A stretch of DNA of 37,721 nucleotides from Chiloscyllium plagiosum (Eukaryota). The translations under genes and the position numbers were made by a program. Under the pieces are notes generated by a model. The model did no database searches. It was not told where the DNA came from and saw nothing but the letters and a program-made list of their open reading frames with translations. The stretch covers positions 19,601,366-19,639,086 of the forward strand of contig NC_057750.1 of assembly GCF_004010195.1 (NCBI RefSeq). The letters run 5' to 3'. The stretch's first letter is position 1. Every line of letters begins with the position of its first letter. Shown here piece after piece: positions 12,174-24,007 of this stretch.

Positions 12174-12411
12174 GATTCTCCTGTTCCCTGGACGCTGCCT
12201 GACCTGCTGCGCTTTTCCAGCAACACATTTTCAGCTCTGATCTCCAGCATCTGCAGACCTCACTTTCTCCTCATAAATTTCAGTGAGTACAAGCCCAGTC
12301 AATTCAATCTTTCCTCATTGGTCAGTCCTGCCATCCTGGGAATCAGTCTGATGAAACTTCACTGGACTCTCTCAATAGTAAGAATGTTGTTCCTCAGACT
12401 AGGAGGCCAAA

Positions 12412-12620
12412 AGTGGTGCGTGTATGGAATGAGTGGCCAGAGGAAGTGGTGGAGTTTGGTACAATGACAACATTAGAAGGCACCTGGAAGGCTTTATGAA
12501 TAGGAAGGGTTTAGAGGAATATGGGCCAAATCATGGCCAATGGGACTAGATTAATTTAGGATACTTGTTTGGCATGGACAAGCTGGACAGGACGGTCTGT
12601 TTCATTCTGTACATCTGAGC
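12412..12620 (+). mobile_element. HER1-like CR1 3' end
   Basis: Homologous to 7050-7260. Confidence 0.85.
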
Positions 12621-12629
12621 ACTGAAGAA

Positions 12630-12957
12630 TATTAGATTAGATTAGATTACTTGCAGTGCGAAAACAGGCCCTTCGGCCCAACAAGCCCACACCGACCTGG
12701 TAAAGCACACCCACTCAGACGCATTCCCATACGTTTACCCCTGCACCTAACACTACGGGCAATTTAGCATGGCCAATTTACCTAACCTGTACATTGTTTT
12801 TGGAGTGTTGGAGGAATCCGGAGCACCCGGAGGAAACCCACGCAGACACGGGGAGAATGTGAAAACTCCACACAGACAGTTGCCTGAGGCGGGAATTGAA
12901 CCCGGGTCTCTGGTGCTGTGAGGCAGCAGTGCTAACCACTGTACCACCGTGCCACCC
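12630..12957 (-). mobile_element. HE1-type SINE
   Basis: Reverse complement of the 8249-8563 type, with (AGATT)n tail at left. Confidence 0.93.
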
Positions 12958-12999
12958 AGTGCCTCTGTGCTGCCCACATCTATATGACTCTATTAATTG

Positions 13000-13225
13000 C
13001 CCAACCCCAATTGCCCAGTGAACAATTAAGAGTCAATCACCTTGATGTGTATGTGCAGTCACACCTAACTCAGACCAGGTAAGGATAGTAGTTTTCATTC
13101 ATGAGTAAACAAAATGTTGTTTTATCATAATCAAAGTGGTTACATAGTTGTCATCTTTTTATTTCAGATTTATGTTGAATTCAAATTTCACCATTTTCTC
13201 TGATGGATTTGAACCTATATTACCA
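13000..13225 (-). mobile_element. Second tRNA-SINE family fragment
   Basis: TTAAGAGTCAA..CAGACCAGGTAAGGAT..TTGAATTCAAATTTCACCAT shared with 20085-20320 and 33630-34100. Confidence 0.7.
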
Positions 13226-13227
13226 GA

Positions 13228-13960
13228 AGTGAGAGATCTTGGTGTGCAAGTGCACAGGTTCCCTAAAGGTTGTAAGATAGCTAGATAAGGTTATAGAGAA
13301 GGCATATGGAACGGTCTCATTTATTGGCAGCAATACCGAATACAAAAGCAGGAGTAAATACAAAAATAGGGATATACTGATGAAACTGTATAAGACAGTG
13401 GTAAGGCCATAACTGAAGCATTGTATTCCATTCTGGTGACCACATTATGGAAGGACGTAATTGCTCAGGAGAGAGTGCAAAGAAGATTTACCAAAATATT
13501 TACCAAAATACCATGGCTGGAGAATTGTAGCCATGAGCAGAGATTGGATTGGACGGAAAATTATTTTCTTAGAAGGCTGAGGGCTGACATGATTGAGGTT
13601 CACAAAATTGTGAGGGCGAGAGTAAACAAAAGGAACCTGCTTCCCTGGGCAGAGAGTTCAAAAACCAGGGGTCATAGATACAAGCTAAGCCGCAGAGGAT
13701 TAGAGGGGAATGTGAGGGAAAATGCTTTTAAGTCGAGGGTGATGGGTGTCTGGAGTTCACTGCCTGAGTTGGTGGTGGAGGCAGAGACCCTAACCTCTTT
13801 TACAAAGTATCTGGATTGGCACCTTAGCTCCTATGAGCTCCAGGGCTATCGGCCATGTGCAGGAAGGTGGGAATAGAAAGGGCACCTGGGTTTCTTTGAA
13901 TTGGCATGAACAAGATGGGCCGAATGACGTCCTGTGCAATACCATTTCTATGGATCTATT
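13228..13960 (+). mobile_element. CR1 LINE 3' fragment
   Basis: ORF 13421..13876: ERVQRRFTK..RRLRADMIEVHKI..WSSLPELVVEAETL. Confidence 0.9.
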
Positions 13961-14389
13961 AGCATGGGATTCTGGATATTAGTTCAATTATATTACGAAT
14001 GTGCCAACCCTTCCCTACAATGGATTCAGCATTGTGCAATCATCAGTGAACATCCTCACTTCAGACTTTATGAAGAAGGCTGGGCCTTGGATTCAATCCT
14101 GGGGAAGCCCTGCATTAAGGTCATGTCAATGAGAGCTTTGCATGGCTCCAACAAATAGAAGGGATCCCCCCTGATTTTCTTTGATTCCACTTTTATTCGA
14201 GCATCTTGAACCTGGCTTTTATATTAGGAGCAGTTATTCTCACTTACCACTGGGAGTTTAGTTGTTTTTTTTGTTGTCCATGCTTGGACCAAGGCTGTAA
14301 TGTGTTCAGGAGCTAATGGGGCCAGATGGAACCTAAGGTTAGTGTCAGTGAACAGATAACATCGTCAATGACACTTGCTATCATTTTGC

Positions 14390-14560
14390 TCACGATTAAG
14401 TGTAGACTGGAGAGATGATCAGTTTGGATGGGTCTTGCATTTTGTGAACAGGACCAACCTGAGCACAGTTCAACATAACAGGGTAAATGCCAGTGTTGTA
14501 GCCACACTGGAACAATTCGGCAACTGGTGCAGCAAGTTCTGGAGCATGTCTTCTGAACGT
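14390..14560 (-). mobile_element. CR1/L2-group LINE RT fragment (different family)
   Basis: APELAAPVAELFQCGYNTGIYP...AQVGPVHK. Confidence 0.75.
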
Positions 14561-14584
14561 TACCAGAATGTTCTCAATGGAATC

Positions 14585-14860
14585 CCTGTAGCATGGAAGC
14601 AGGCCATTCAGTCCATCCAGTCTCACTGATCCTCCAAATACTATCTTGCCCAGACCTACCACTCACACCCTGTAACCCTGCATTTCCCCATGGCTAATCC
14701 ACCTAGCCTGCATGACTTTGGACTGTGGGAGGAGTACCCAGGGGAAAGCCATTTACACACAAGGAGAATGTGTAAACCCTACATAGACAGTCACCCAAGA
14801 GTGGAATCGAAGCCGGGTTTCATGATGTTGTGAGGCTGCAGTGCTAACTGCTGTGCCCCT
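14585..14860 (-). mobile_element. Older HE1-type SINE
   Basis: Diverged head, body and tail on the minus strand. Confidence 0.8.
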
Positions 14861-15279
14861 AGGCACATAATTTGCATAATCTTATGTTTTCAGTCATTTC
14901 TTGATATCACTTGAGGTGAATTGAATTGGCATAATGCTGAGATGCTGGGGATAGAAAATAGGTGTAGGAGGATACCATTTGGCCATCACTCCTGCTCCTC
15001 GAATGAACATGATTTTTTTTTTCACATTTCTTTCAACATCGTACTCCAGATTCTCCCCATTCTCCTCGACTTCTAGCCTCTTTCTCAGGTTTATTTTGGG
15101 ACTGAGGCATCCACAGCTTTCTGTAGTAGAGAATCCTCAGGTTCACCACCCACTGAAAGAAGAGATTTCTCCTCATCTCAGTCTCAATCGTCAGACTGTG
15201 AGCACATCACCCCTACTTCCAGTCCGTCCAGTTCTGTCATAATTTTATATCTTTCAATGAGATTCCCATAAAATTCCAA

Positions 15280-15645
15280 AATGAATGGATGTTTCCAATG
15301 ACCAGGGAGTCCAGAACCAGGGATGACAGTTCAAGAGTAAAAGCTAAACCACTTCGAACTGAGATGAGGGAAAATGTCTCCACCCAGAGAGTGGTGAACC
15401 TGTACTTATCTGCCATATAAAGCACTTGAGGCTGAATATTAAATGTAGAATTAAATCTAGTTCTTAGGCTAAAAGGATCAAATTGTATAGAACATTATAG
15501 CACAGTACAGGTTCTTTGGCCCTCGATGGGAAGAAAGCACGGACAGGGTTCTGTGTTGCATGATCAGCCACAATTATATTGAATGGCAGAGCAGACTCAG
15601 AGGGCTGAATTGTCTAATCCTATTCTTATTTTCTTAGTTTCAATG
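15280..15645 (+). mobile_element. Decayed CR1 3' end
   Basis: GAGTCCAGAACCAGGG..ACCCAGAGAGTGGTGAACCTG..GATCAGCCA..GAATGGCAGAGCAGACTC. Confidence 0.75.
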
Positions 15646-15744
15646 TTTAATCTCTCTTCACATACGGCGATGGCAGCATACCACAGCACAGCAAACTTGG
15701 GAGTGAACAGAGCCAGGAGCAATTGGGTAATACCTGAGGAGTGG

Positions 15745-15950
15745 GATCAGTCAGAATGGAATTTAGGTCAGTCAGAGTGAGAATGAGGACAGTCAGAGTG
15801 GGACTGAGGACAGTCAGAGTGGGACTGAGGACAGTCAGATTGCGACTGAGGACTGTCAGAGCAACGCTGCAATCAGTCAGAGCAGGACTGATGTCAGTCA
15901 GAGCAGGACTGAGGACTGTCAGAGTGGAACTGAGGACAATCAGATTGGAA
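15745..15950. repeat. 21-bp minisatellite (GTCAGAGTGGGACTGAGGACA)n
   Basis: About nine to ten degenerate units; produces VRVGLRT / LTVLSPT heptad ORFs. Confidence 0.9.
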
Positions 15951-16119
15951 TGGAGATAGAGCTGTGTGTTAATAATATGGGCGATCATTAAGGAACATAG
16001 AGAACTTGAACATAATTCTTCGATGTTTCCCACAGGCAGACTGTAGCATTTTATTAGCCTACAGTCCCAATAACCTGTCCAGCTCTACATTTTTTTTTAC
16101 TAAAATTAATTTCCTTCAC

Positions 16120-16230
16120 AGAGCCATACAGCATGGTAACAGACCCTTCAGTTGAACTCGTCCATGCCAACCAACTTTCCCAAACTAAACTAGTGCCACT
16201 AGCGTGCGTTTTGCCCATATCCCTTAATTC
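16120..16230 (-). mobile_element. CR1 3' tail fragment
   Basis: Similar to 28670-28790. Confidence 0.7.
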
Positions 16231-16849
16231 TTCATTTTCAAGAGATCTTTACCTCCTTAGGCTTTCTTGCAATTTCTTTGTGTCTTTCTTTTCAAAGATG
16301 CATTACATTAACTCTGGCTTATTCTCCATTGTTAATTCTCCCATTTTGAACTAAGTGTGACCTGCACTTGTCTGTACTAATATTTTCATTTCTACATAAT
16401 TACAGAAACTCGAACACTTTGTTTTATTTTCCCTGCAAGTTTGCTGTCATAGTCTATCTTTTCCCCTCTGAATCAACCACTCGATTCTCCCTTGCAAAAT
16501 TTAAATTCTTTTTGCCCAAAAGGCATGTACAAGTATTGCACTTGCTCCTTAAATATTAAGGACCTCACTTTCTCCTTAAATATTAACCATTGCCTATCCA
16601 ATGCCATTCTTCATAATTATCTATCACAGCCAATTCACGCCTCATACCACCATAGGTTCCTTGTTTAGATTTATGACCCTAGTTGCTGATTGGCTTACAT
16701 CCCAATGATGAATTCTATCATATTATGGTCACTTTTTCCTGAAGAAACTCTCACAACATGATTATTAATGAACCTTTTCTCATTTCTTGAGGTGTGTGAA
16801 TTCAAGACAAAAAAAAATCAATACATTTCTGCATGGAGGCAGTGGTAAA

Positions 16850-17150
16850 GGTACATTGCAGCTGTCTTTAATATGGAAGAAGACACTACACAGTGAAATA
16901 AAAAAGTAATTTAATCACTTAAAAGGTCTAAAATTGATAAGTCTGACACATAAGGTTGACAAGACAGCAGAACAGGAAGTGAGAATAGAAATTGTGGAGT
17001 CACCGCCCATAATTTTCAACTCTTCCTGAAACCATGGTGGTGTCAGAGGAATGGCGAATTGCAAATGTTAAATGTATTCAAAAAAGGATGTAAGGGTAAG
17101 TTTTGTATCTGCCGACCAGTTTAACCTTAGTGGTGGCAAGCTTCTAAAAT
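16850..17150 (+). mobile_element. Highly decayed CR1 ORF2 fragment
   Basis: CTAAAATTGATAAGTC..GAAATTG..GAGGAATGGCGAATTGCAAATGT..CAAAAAAGG..ACCAGTT, the KSPG/WRxANV/RPVSL region. Confidence 0.65.
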
Positions 17151-17307
17151 GGAAAGCAGAAACTAAATTTATTGTCTTTTGGGTGGGTTAACAGCCAGTT
17201 AGCTATAGTCCTGGGAACAGCTTGTTTGAAATACAGATTATGAATTCCACAGTATGTGAAACTGGTACTAGGGTAAATCAAGTAAACCAGTACAGATAAG
17301 GGTGAGA

Positions 17308-18765
17308 GAACATAGAACATAGAAAAGTACAGCGCAGAACAGGCCTTACGGCCCACAAGTTTGTGCCGAAGACTCTTCCTAATCTAAAATAAAATAACCT
17401 AACCTTCGCACCCCTCAATTCACTGTTGTCCACGTGCATGTCCAGCAGTTGCTTAAATGTCCCTAATGACTCTGTTTCCACCACCACCACCCGCAACGCA
17501 TTCCATGCTTTCACAACTCTCTGCTTAAAGAACCTACCTCTGACATCTCGTCTATACCTTCCTCCTAATATCTTAAAACTAACACCCCTCATGCCAGTCA
17601 ATCCTGCCCTGGGGAAAAGTCTCTGGCTATTGACTCTATCCATGCTTCTTATTATCCTGTATAGCTATAGCAGGTCACCTTTCTTCCTTCTTCTCTCCAG
17701 AGAGAAAAGTCTGAGCTTAGTCAACCTCTCTTCGCAAGATAAGCTCTCCAGTCAAGGCAGCATCCTGGTAAACCTTCTTTGCATCCTCTCCAAAGCCTCC
17801 ATATTTTTCCTATAACAGGGCGATCAGAACTGGACACAATATTCCAAGTGTGGTCTCACCAGGATCTTGTAGAGCTGCTGCAAAAGCTCGCAGCTGTTAA
17901 ACTCAATTCCCCTGTTAATGAAAGCCAAAACACCATCTGCTTTCTTAACATCCCTATCCACTTGGGTGGCAACTGTGAGGGATCTATGTACTTGAACACC
18001 AAGATCCCTCTGTTCCTCCACACTGCCAAGAATCCTGTCTTTAATCTTATATTTAGCGTTCAAGTTTGACCTTCCAAAATACATCACTTCATATTTATCC
18101 AGGTTGAACTCCATCTGCCATTTCTCAGCCCAGCTCTGCATCCTATCTATGTTGCCCTGCAGCTTCCAATAGCCCTTGATACTAATTAACAGCACCTCCA
18201 ACCTTTGTGTCAGCAGGAAATTTATTAACCCACCCCTCAACCTCCTCATCCAAGTCATTTATAAAAACTACAAAGAGCAGAGGCCCAAGAACAGAGTCCT
18301 GCGGGACACCACTCACCACTGACCCCCAGACAGAATACTTTCTATCTACAGCCACTCTCTGCTTTGTCAGCCAACCAATTCTGAATCCAGACAGCCAAAT
18401 CTCCCCGTATCCTACACATCTTGTCTTTATGAATGACCTGCCTTGGGGAACTTTATCAAATACCTTGCTGAAGTTCATATACACTACATCCACTGCTTGA
18501 CCTTCTTTGACCTGTCTTGTCACGTCCTCAAAGAACTCAATAAGATTTGTGAGGCATGACCTGCCCCTCACAAAGCCATGCTGACTGCCTTTAATCATGC
18601 TATATTTTTCCAAAGAGTCATAAATCCTATCCCTCAGAATTCTTTCCAAAACCTTGCTGACGTAAGACTGACTGGTCTGTAATTGCCAGGGATTTCACTA
18701 TTCCTCTTCGTGAAAAGAGGAACAACATTCGCATCCCTCCAGTCCTCTGTTATGACTCCCATGCT
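17308..18765 (-). mobile_element. 5'-truncated CR1 LINE (TTCTATG-tail subfamily)
   Basis: ORFs 18182..18649, 17824..18258 and 17278..17643 encode RT (QHGFVRGRSCLTNL, PQDSVLGPLLF); tail AGAACATAGAACATAG. Confidence 0.95.
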
Positions 18766-20084
18766 TTTAGTCAGCTTTACAGCTTTCAGCAGTTGTTAAC
18801 TGAATAAACGCATTTACAAAACAATTGTGAAAATACATATAAAATTCCACGTTATGTTTAAAAGCTATTGGAAACTTGTTTAAATATTTTTAAAAAGGCA
18901 CAATATTTTGGATGTTTTGTTAAGAAATTTAAGCCACATGAAATTAACAGGCATTTAATAGCTATGACGATCAATTTACTGAAAGCTGTTTCCTCACAGT
19001 GGAAAAAAGGCATAATACAAAAAAAAGATAAAGTTGTTATGGCTGTGGATTAAAAAAATCTCAATGCATTTCTTAATGAAGTGGGGGCAAAGTTCCCGCA
19101 AATTTCCGTGACCCGGAATCATGGACAATCAGCTTATCATCGTAGAAAGTGGCTACATGAGCTGTGGGCCACAGCATTTACATCAATGTTAGTGGAGATT
19201 TGATGATTTAAAACAATTTGCTTTGACTTGTCACATCTGTTGAAAGTTTCACATTTGAGAATTCCTCTTTAAAACATTCCTCGTGCAATGAGTAGTGAGG
19301 AGCTTCCTTGTAGTCAGAGTTAAATGAGGTTAATAGTCATAAAACTCAATCACCATTGCAGGCCTTACAAAGGGCGTGAAGGTCTGAGTGATGTGGCCTA
19401 TGGCGAGGTGTGTGGCAGAATCAGATGAGAAATCCATTGAAGCCCATCTCGACATTGGGATCAACTCACTCCATCAGACATGCTTCTGGTGAGACAGGAT
19501 TCCCACCAGGTAATGTTATTGCCATTTGATGGGGAATGAAATTTGATAAATGCCTTGGTGACAGTCCAATGCACTTCGTTTATGGCAGCTTTCTATCTTG
19601 GCACACTCAGCAAGCAAACTCGACATTGTGAAAACCCGAATTGGAAACCAGGACATTGTACCCGGGATGATTCAGCTCTCCATTTGCTCTGAACAACCCA
19701 ATGTTGAAACCAAATCACAACCCAGGGCATAGCCACAGGTACCATGCACCCTTCCTCCACTAACAATCGGCAATGTCGCACCTATATCTTAGCAACCTTT
19801 CAATGTACTAGCAGTGTGTCCTGGAAGTTCATACTTAAAATTGTAGGGCACACCAGCCATTAGAATGAAAGAAACGTACAGCATAGAAGAGACCATTCAG
19901 TCCATTGAGTCAGTACTACCAAAAATACACTACGATCTAAATTTGTTTGACTTTCTCAAACTAGGTCCACAGCCTTGGATGTTATGACATTTCCATTTAT
20001 GACAGTAATTTTGAAAGGTGACAGCGAAATACTTTACACATAGCAACAGGCTTGTACCTCAGGGCTGCTCACTTAACACACATG

Positions 20085-20320
20085 CATCTAATGCCAGACC
20101 AGGTAAGGACATAAGTTTCCATCCCTAAAGGGCATTAGTGAACCACATGGAGTTTTCTGGAAAGCACCAATATCAGAAAATGGTCACCATTAGACTCTTC
20201 ATTCCAGTTTATTTAAATTCAAATTCCATCATCTGGCATGGGAAGGTTTGAAGGGCAACACATTCCCTGCATCACTGGATTAACTCCAGTGACAATACCA
20301 CTAGGCTGCTGCCTCCCTAT
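20085..20320 (-). mobile_element. Second tRNA-SINE family copy
   Basis: GCCAGACCAGGTAAGG..CCCTAAAGGGCATTAGTGAACC..AATTCAAATTCCATCATCTG..ATACCACTAGGC. Confidence 0.8.
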
Positions 20321-20899
20321 CTGCAACCCGACTAGTCCAGCTACAAATACCTCAGTGGGAATGTTAGCTGGAGACAGTGCGACCACTGTGATGCAACATG
20401 CATGTGTTGCCCTGTCTTAATGTTCGAATTGTTGCATTGACACAGGTCACAGCTTGCCTTGTTGGTCACCAGTCCTTAATGGAGGGGTGCTATGTTGCAG
20501 TGTGGCAACGTGCTATACCAATCTGACACAAGTACGTGTGACAGCAGCATTTTTGTGTGCATGGATGCGTGCATACGCACAGTATAGCCACCAGCTATTC
20601 ATTTGGGCATGTCTTAGCCGGGTTGTTCAGTCCGCTCGGTTGAGGGGATGGGCCATAGTTCACCATTTCAAACAAGGGAGTAAGAGCCAATGCCATGGGA
20701 TCCAGTCTTGGAAGGTTAGCCTTTAACACTGGGGATTGGATTTGTGAAAGGCAGATGTGGGAAAGTATGCCAGAGAAGGATGTAGTGGGGAGAGGAAAGG
20801 GGGTGTTTCCCACAGTTAGGAGCACCTTGCCCTCAATGGTGGGTGCTGTGCAGGACCACCACACCAGGCATGGTCACCTCATAAGCTAGTGGCTGCGTG

Positions 20900-21985
20900 G
20901 AGATGGTAAACAAATGTAGATGAGTTCGATGGGGACTTGTAATTATTAAGAGAATGGAAATCGAGAACACACACGATGCTCACAGGTGTCAGATTTATGA
21001 AAGAGCAAGAAACCATCAATTATAGCTTTCATTCCTGGATGTGATGTAGAAAGAAGAGAACAGTGAATGTACCACAAAGTACAGAAAAGCCACACACACA
21101 GACCAGACTCTGAACTACAACAGCAACCACCCAAACGCACACAAGGGAAGCTGCAGTAGGAGCCTGTTCAGAAGGGCGACAAGGCACTGCAGCACTCCAG
21201 GCCTATGAAGGCAAGAGGAGAACACCCCCACAGAGTCTTCACCAAGAACGGATATCCCCAAAACTTCATCCACAGATACCAACTGGCAAACAACGTGACC
21301 AGGATTTACCATGACCTAACTCCCTAACCATGCTACCTTACATAAAAAAATACATCTCGGAGCTGACAGCCAGACTTCTCTGACCATCAGATTCATGACA
21401 GCCCATAAACTGACAGCCATGCTCAGACAACAACTCACCAGGACAAAGGACCCTCTACCCATCTTGTGCAAGACAAATGTAATTTATAAGATTCCATACA
21501 AAGACCACACAAAACATTATATAGGGCAAACAAGCAGACCAACTAACAATCCGCATCCGCAAACACCAACTAGCCACTAAACATCACGACCAGCTGTCTC
21601 TAGTAGCCACACAACAGATGACAGGGACCACAAATTCGACTCGAACAACACAACGATCACAAGACAAGCTAAGCAGAGGAGAGCTGGATAATTCCTGGAA
21701 GCATGGCACACATCCACGGACTCCATCAACAAGCACATTGACCTGGACCCAATATACCGGCCACTACAATGAACAACTGGAACCAACAACTGGAAGCAGC
21801 AGGAATAAAACCAAATAAATTCCAGAAGATGCAGTACAGCAGCACTTCTCAGGAGGCTCCAAAGCACTGAAGGTGTCACCTAGACAGGGGACGAAACATC
21901 TGTAAATCAACTTCCCAGCTCAGTGAACATACCCACAACCATGACAACAGGCACTCAAGCTACACATCTTTACGTAAGCCTTGAA
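20900..21985 (+). mobile_element. Penelope-like element (RT thumb, GIY-YIG, pLTR), second family
   Basis: YRKATHTDQTLNYNSNHP, TNVIYKIPYKDHTKHYIGQT; degenerate hammerhead CTGAAGG..GTCACCT-AGAC-AGGGGAC-GAAAC at 21867-21900. Confidence 0.9.
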
Positions 21986-22186
21986 TGTGGACTTGTGCCT
22001 GTGGGGTTAATGGGATAGGTTACTTGGAAGGGAATGCAGATGCCTGGATGATAATGTGGTAGCTGGAAGTCACTGTCAGAGATACACTCACTGTTATCTT
22101 CCACCATGTTGGAGATTGAAAGTGTGCAATTGGGATGGAAATGGCTGCTCGTACACTTAGAGTGGGCAGTGACCTGATCTGTGAGC

Positions 22187-22518
22187 GGGATGGTGGTTCA
22201 GTGGTTAGCACTGCTGCGTCCCAGTGTGCCAAGAACACGAGTTTGATTCCAGCCTCGGGCAACTGTCTGTGCTGTTTGCACATTCTCACTGCGTCTGCAT
22301 GGGTTTCCTCCTGGTGCTCCGATTTCCTCCCACAATCCAAAGATGTGCAGGTAAGGGTGAATTGGCCATGCTAAATTGCCCGTAGTGTTTAGAGATATGT
22401 AGGTTAGGTGCATTAGTCAGGAGAAAATGTATAGTAATAGGGTAGGGATACTCTTCGAAGGGTGACGGTGTGGACTCGTTGGGCTGAAGGGATTGTTTCC
22501 ACACTGTTGGGATTCTGT
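22187..22518 (+). mobile_element. HE1-type SINE
   Basis: GGTTCAGTGGTTAGCACTGCTGC..GTTTGATTCC head, conserved body, CR1-like tail. Confidence 0.92.
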
Positions 22519-22569
22519 GAGAGAATGCATGGACAAACAATTTTGGGTTTTTTAAAGGAAAGAACATTT

Positions 22570-22870
22570 GGTCTTAGATCATGTGATGTTCAGAAGTTGG
22601 TACACAGGCTGCTCCTTTGAGCCTTTCTGTGTGTTATACCTCCCTGATTTAGCCAGTTACTCACCCTGCTTTCAGCTGATACAGTGGGATTGTCAATGCA
22701 GACCTACTTCTGTTAAGTTTCCCTTCAGCCCATCTCGTGATGCCAGATGGTGAAACAATGAGTTTGGGTCTACTCAGAGGAACCAAGGAAATGGTTCAAA
22801 TGTAAACAAATACGAAAAACCAGTGAGCCACTGACACACCATTGTTACCTATGTCATCAAATTGCACTCA
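22570..22870 (-). pseudogene. Putative paramyxovirus matrix (M)-like relic, copy 1
   Basis: Reads AHWFFVFVYI*TISLVPLSRPKLIVSPSGITRWAEGKLNRSRSALTIPL, resembling rubulavirus M VSLxDLWGPTIIIKASGxRSRYAEGFF...PL (recalled). Confidence 0.4.
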
Positions 22871-22939
22871 TATTACACCTCACAATGAGACAGTAAGATG
22901 GCAGCCGCGGAGTAGCAGCCCGGCATTCGAACTCCTGAT

Positions 22940-23812
22940 CCGGGGTGGAGAGATAAATGAGAGGAGGGCGGGGGCGGGGGTGGGGAGAAAGTAGCATAGA
23001 GAACAATAGGTGATTGGGGGAGGGGATGAAGGTCAGGGGGGAGGGTGGAGTGGATAGGTGGAAAGGAAGATAGGCAGGTAAGACAGGTCATGGGGACAGT
23101 GCTGAGCTGGNNNNNNNNNNNNNNNNNNNNNNCTGCTAGGAGGCATCCAGTCTCCCCAATGTAGAGGAGACCACATCAGGAGCAACGGATACAATAAATG
23201 ATATTGGTGGATGTGCAGGTAAAATTTTGATGGATGTGGAAGGCTCCTTTCGGGCCTTGGATAGAGGTGAGGGAGGAGGTGTGAGCGCAGGTTTTGCAAT
23301 TCCTGCGGTAGCAGGGGAAGGTTCCAAGATGGGACGGTGGGTTATAGGGGGGCGTGGACCTAACCAGGTAGTCACGGAGGGAACGGTCTTTGCGGAAGGC
23401 GGAAAGGGGTGGGGAGGGAAATATATTCCTGGTGATGGGGTCCATTTGGAGGTGGCGGAAATGTCGGCGGATGATTTGGTTTATGCGAAGGTTGGTAGGG
23501 TGGAAGGTGAGCACCAGGGGGGTTCTGTCCTTGTTACGGTTGGAGGGGTGGGGTCTGAGAGCGGAGGTGCGAGATGTGGACGAGATGAGTTGGAGAGCAT
23601 CTTTAACCATGTGGGAACGGAAATTGTGGTCTCTAAAGAAGGAGACCATCTGGTGTGTTCAGTGGTGGAACTGATCCTTCTGGGAGTAGATATGGAGGAG
23701 GAGGAGGAATTGGGAATAGGGGATGGCATTTTTGCAGGAGGTAGGGTGGGAAGAGGTGTAATACAGGTAGCTGTGGGAGTTGGTGGGTTTGTAAAAAATG
23801 CCGGTGTCAAGT
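22940..23812 (-). mobile_element. Penelope-like element fragment
   Basis: ORF 23176..23649: DRTPLVLTFHP..LSAFRKDRSLRDYLVRS..GTFPCYRRNCKTCAH..FTCTSTNIIYCIRC. Confidence 0.93.
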
Positions 23813-24007
23813 CCCAGTATCTACAGTGTTGAGAGCAGGAAACCCGATTTTTCCTGGACAGTGGGCCAGGAGACAGAACCCTTGCAGGGAACGCGCTTAC
23901 AAAAGTTTTTATTCCTTATTTTTGCACTTCATATTAGGAAGGACAATATGTTAACTATCACCTTACTACTTGACCGTATGTTTCATACCTAGATATCTTT
24001 GTACCTT

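Larger units (their letters stand above)
11683..12273 (+). mobile_element. Young Penelope-like insertion with inverted pLTR at its 5' end; middle lies in an assembly gap
   Basis: 11683-11872 is the near-identical reverse complement of ~12045-12237; RT-like SQTVHNLITSGDLPST at ~11875-11922; 14-bp direct repeat TAAATTTCAGTGAG at 11669-11682 and 12274-12287. Confidence 0.9.
19280..22185 (-). pseudogene. Putative endogenous paramyxovirus-like HN/receptor-binding protein relic in three pieces (~22185-21990, ~20900-20330, ~19870-19280)
   Basis: Collinear frameshifted motifs RSLPTLSVRAAI, SNMVEDNSEC, SSYHII, GICIPFQVTYPINP, WWSCTAPTIE, PSKTGSHGI, LFEMVNYG, WYLWLCPG..FNIG, DCHQGIYQISFPI, LAIGHITQT..MVIEF. 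They resemble respirovirus HN RLPSLSIGDAI, SNLITQGC, KSYQVL, YPDLNP, QLCSLPTV, YPSVGSGI, LIFLGYG, IYIYTRS..LQIG, ECISGVYTDAYPL, AAYTTTSC..IVEI (recalled). Confidence 0.55.

Noticed and set aside
15745..15950. CRISPR-like array
   Set aside because: Contiguous degenerate tandem units with no spacers, in vertebrate DNA.
20595..20864. Hepadnavirus polymerase-like PMALALTP motif
   Set aside because: Single weak motif; the neighbouring collinear motifs fit an HN-like propeller better.
23227..23832. 201-aa Gly/Val-rich ORF
   Set aside because: Antisense shadow of the Penelope ORF.
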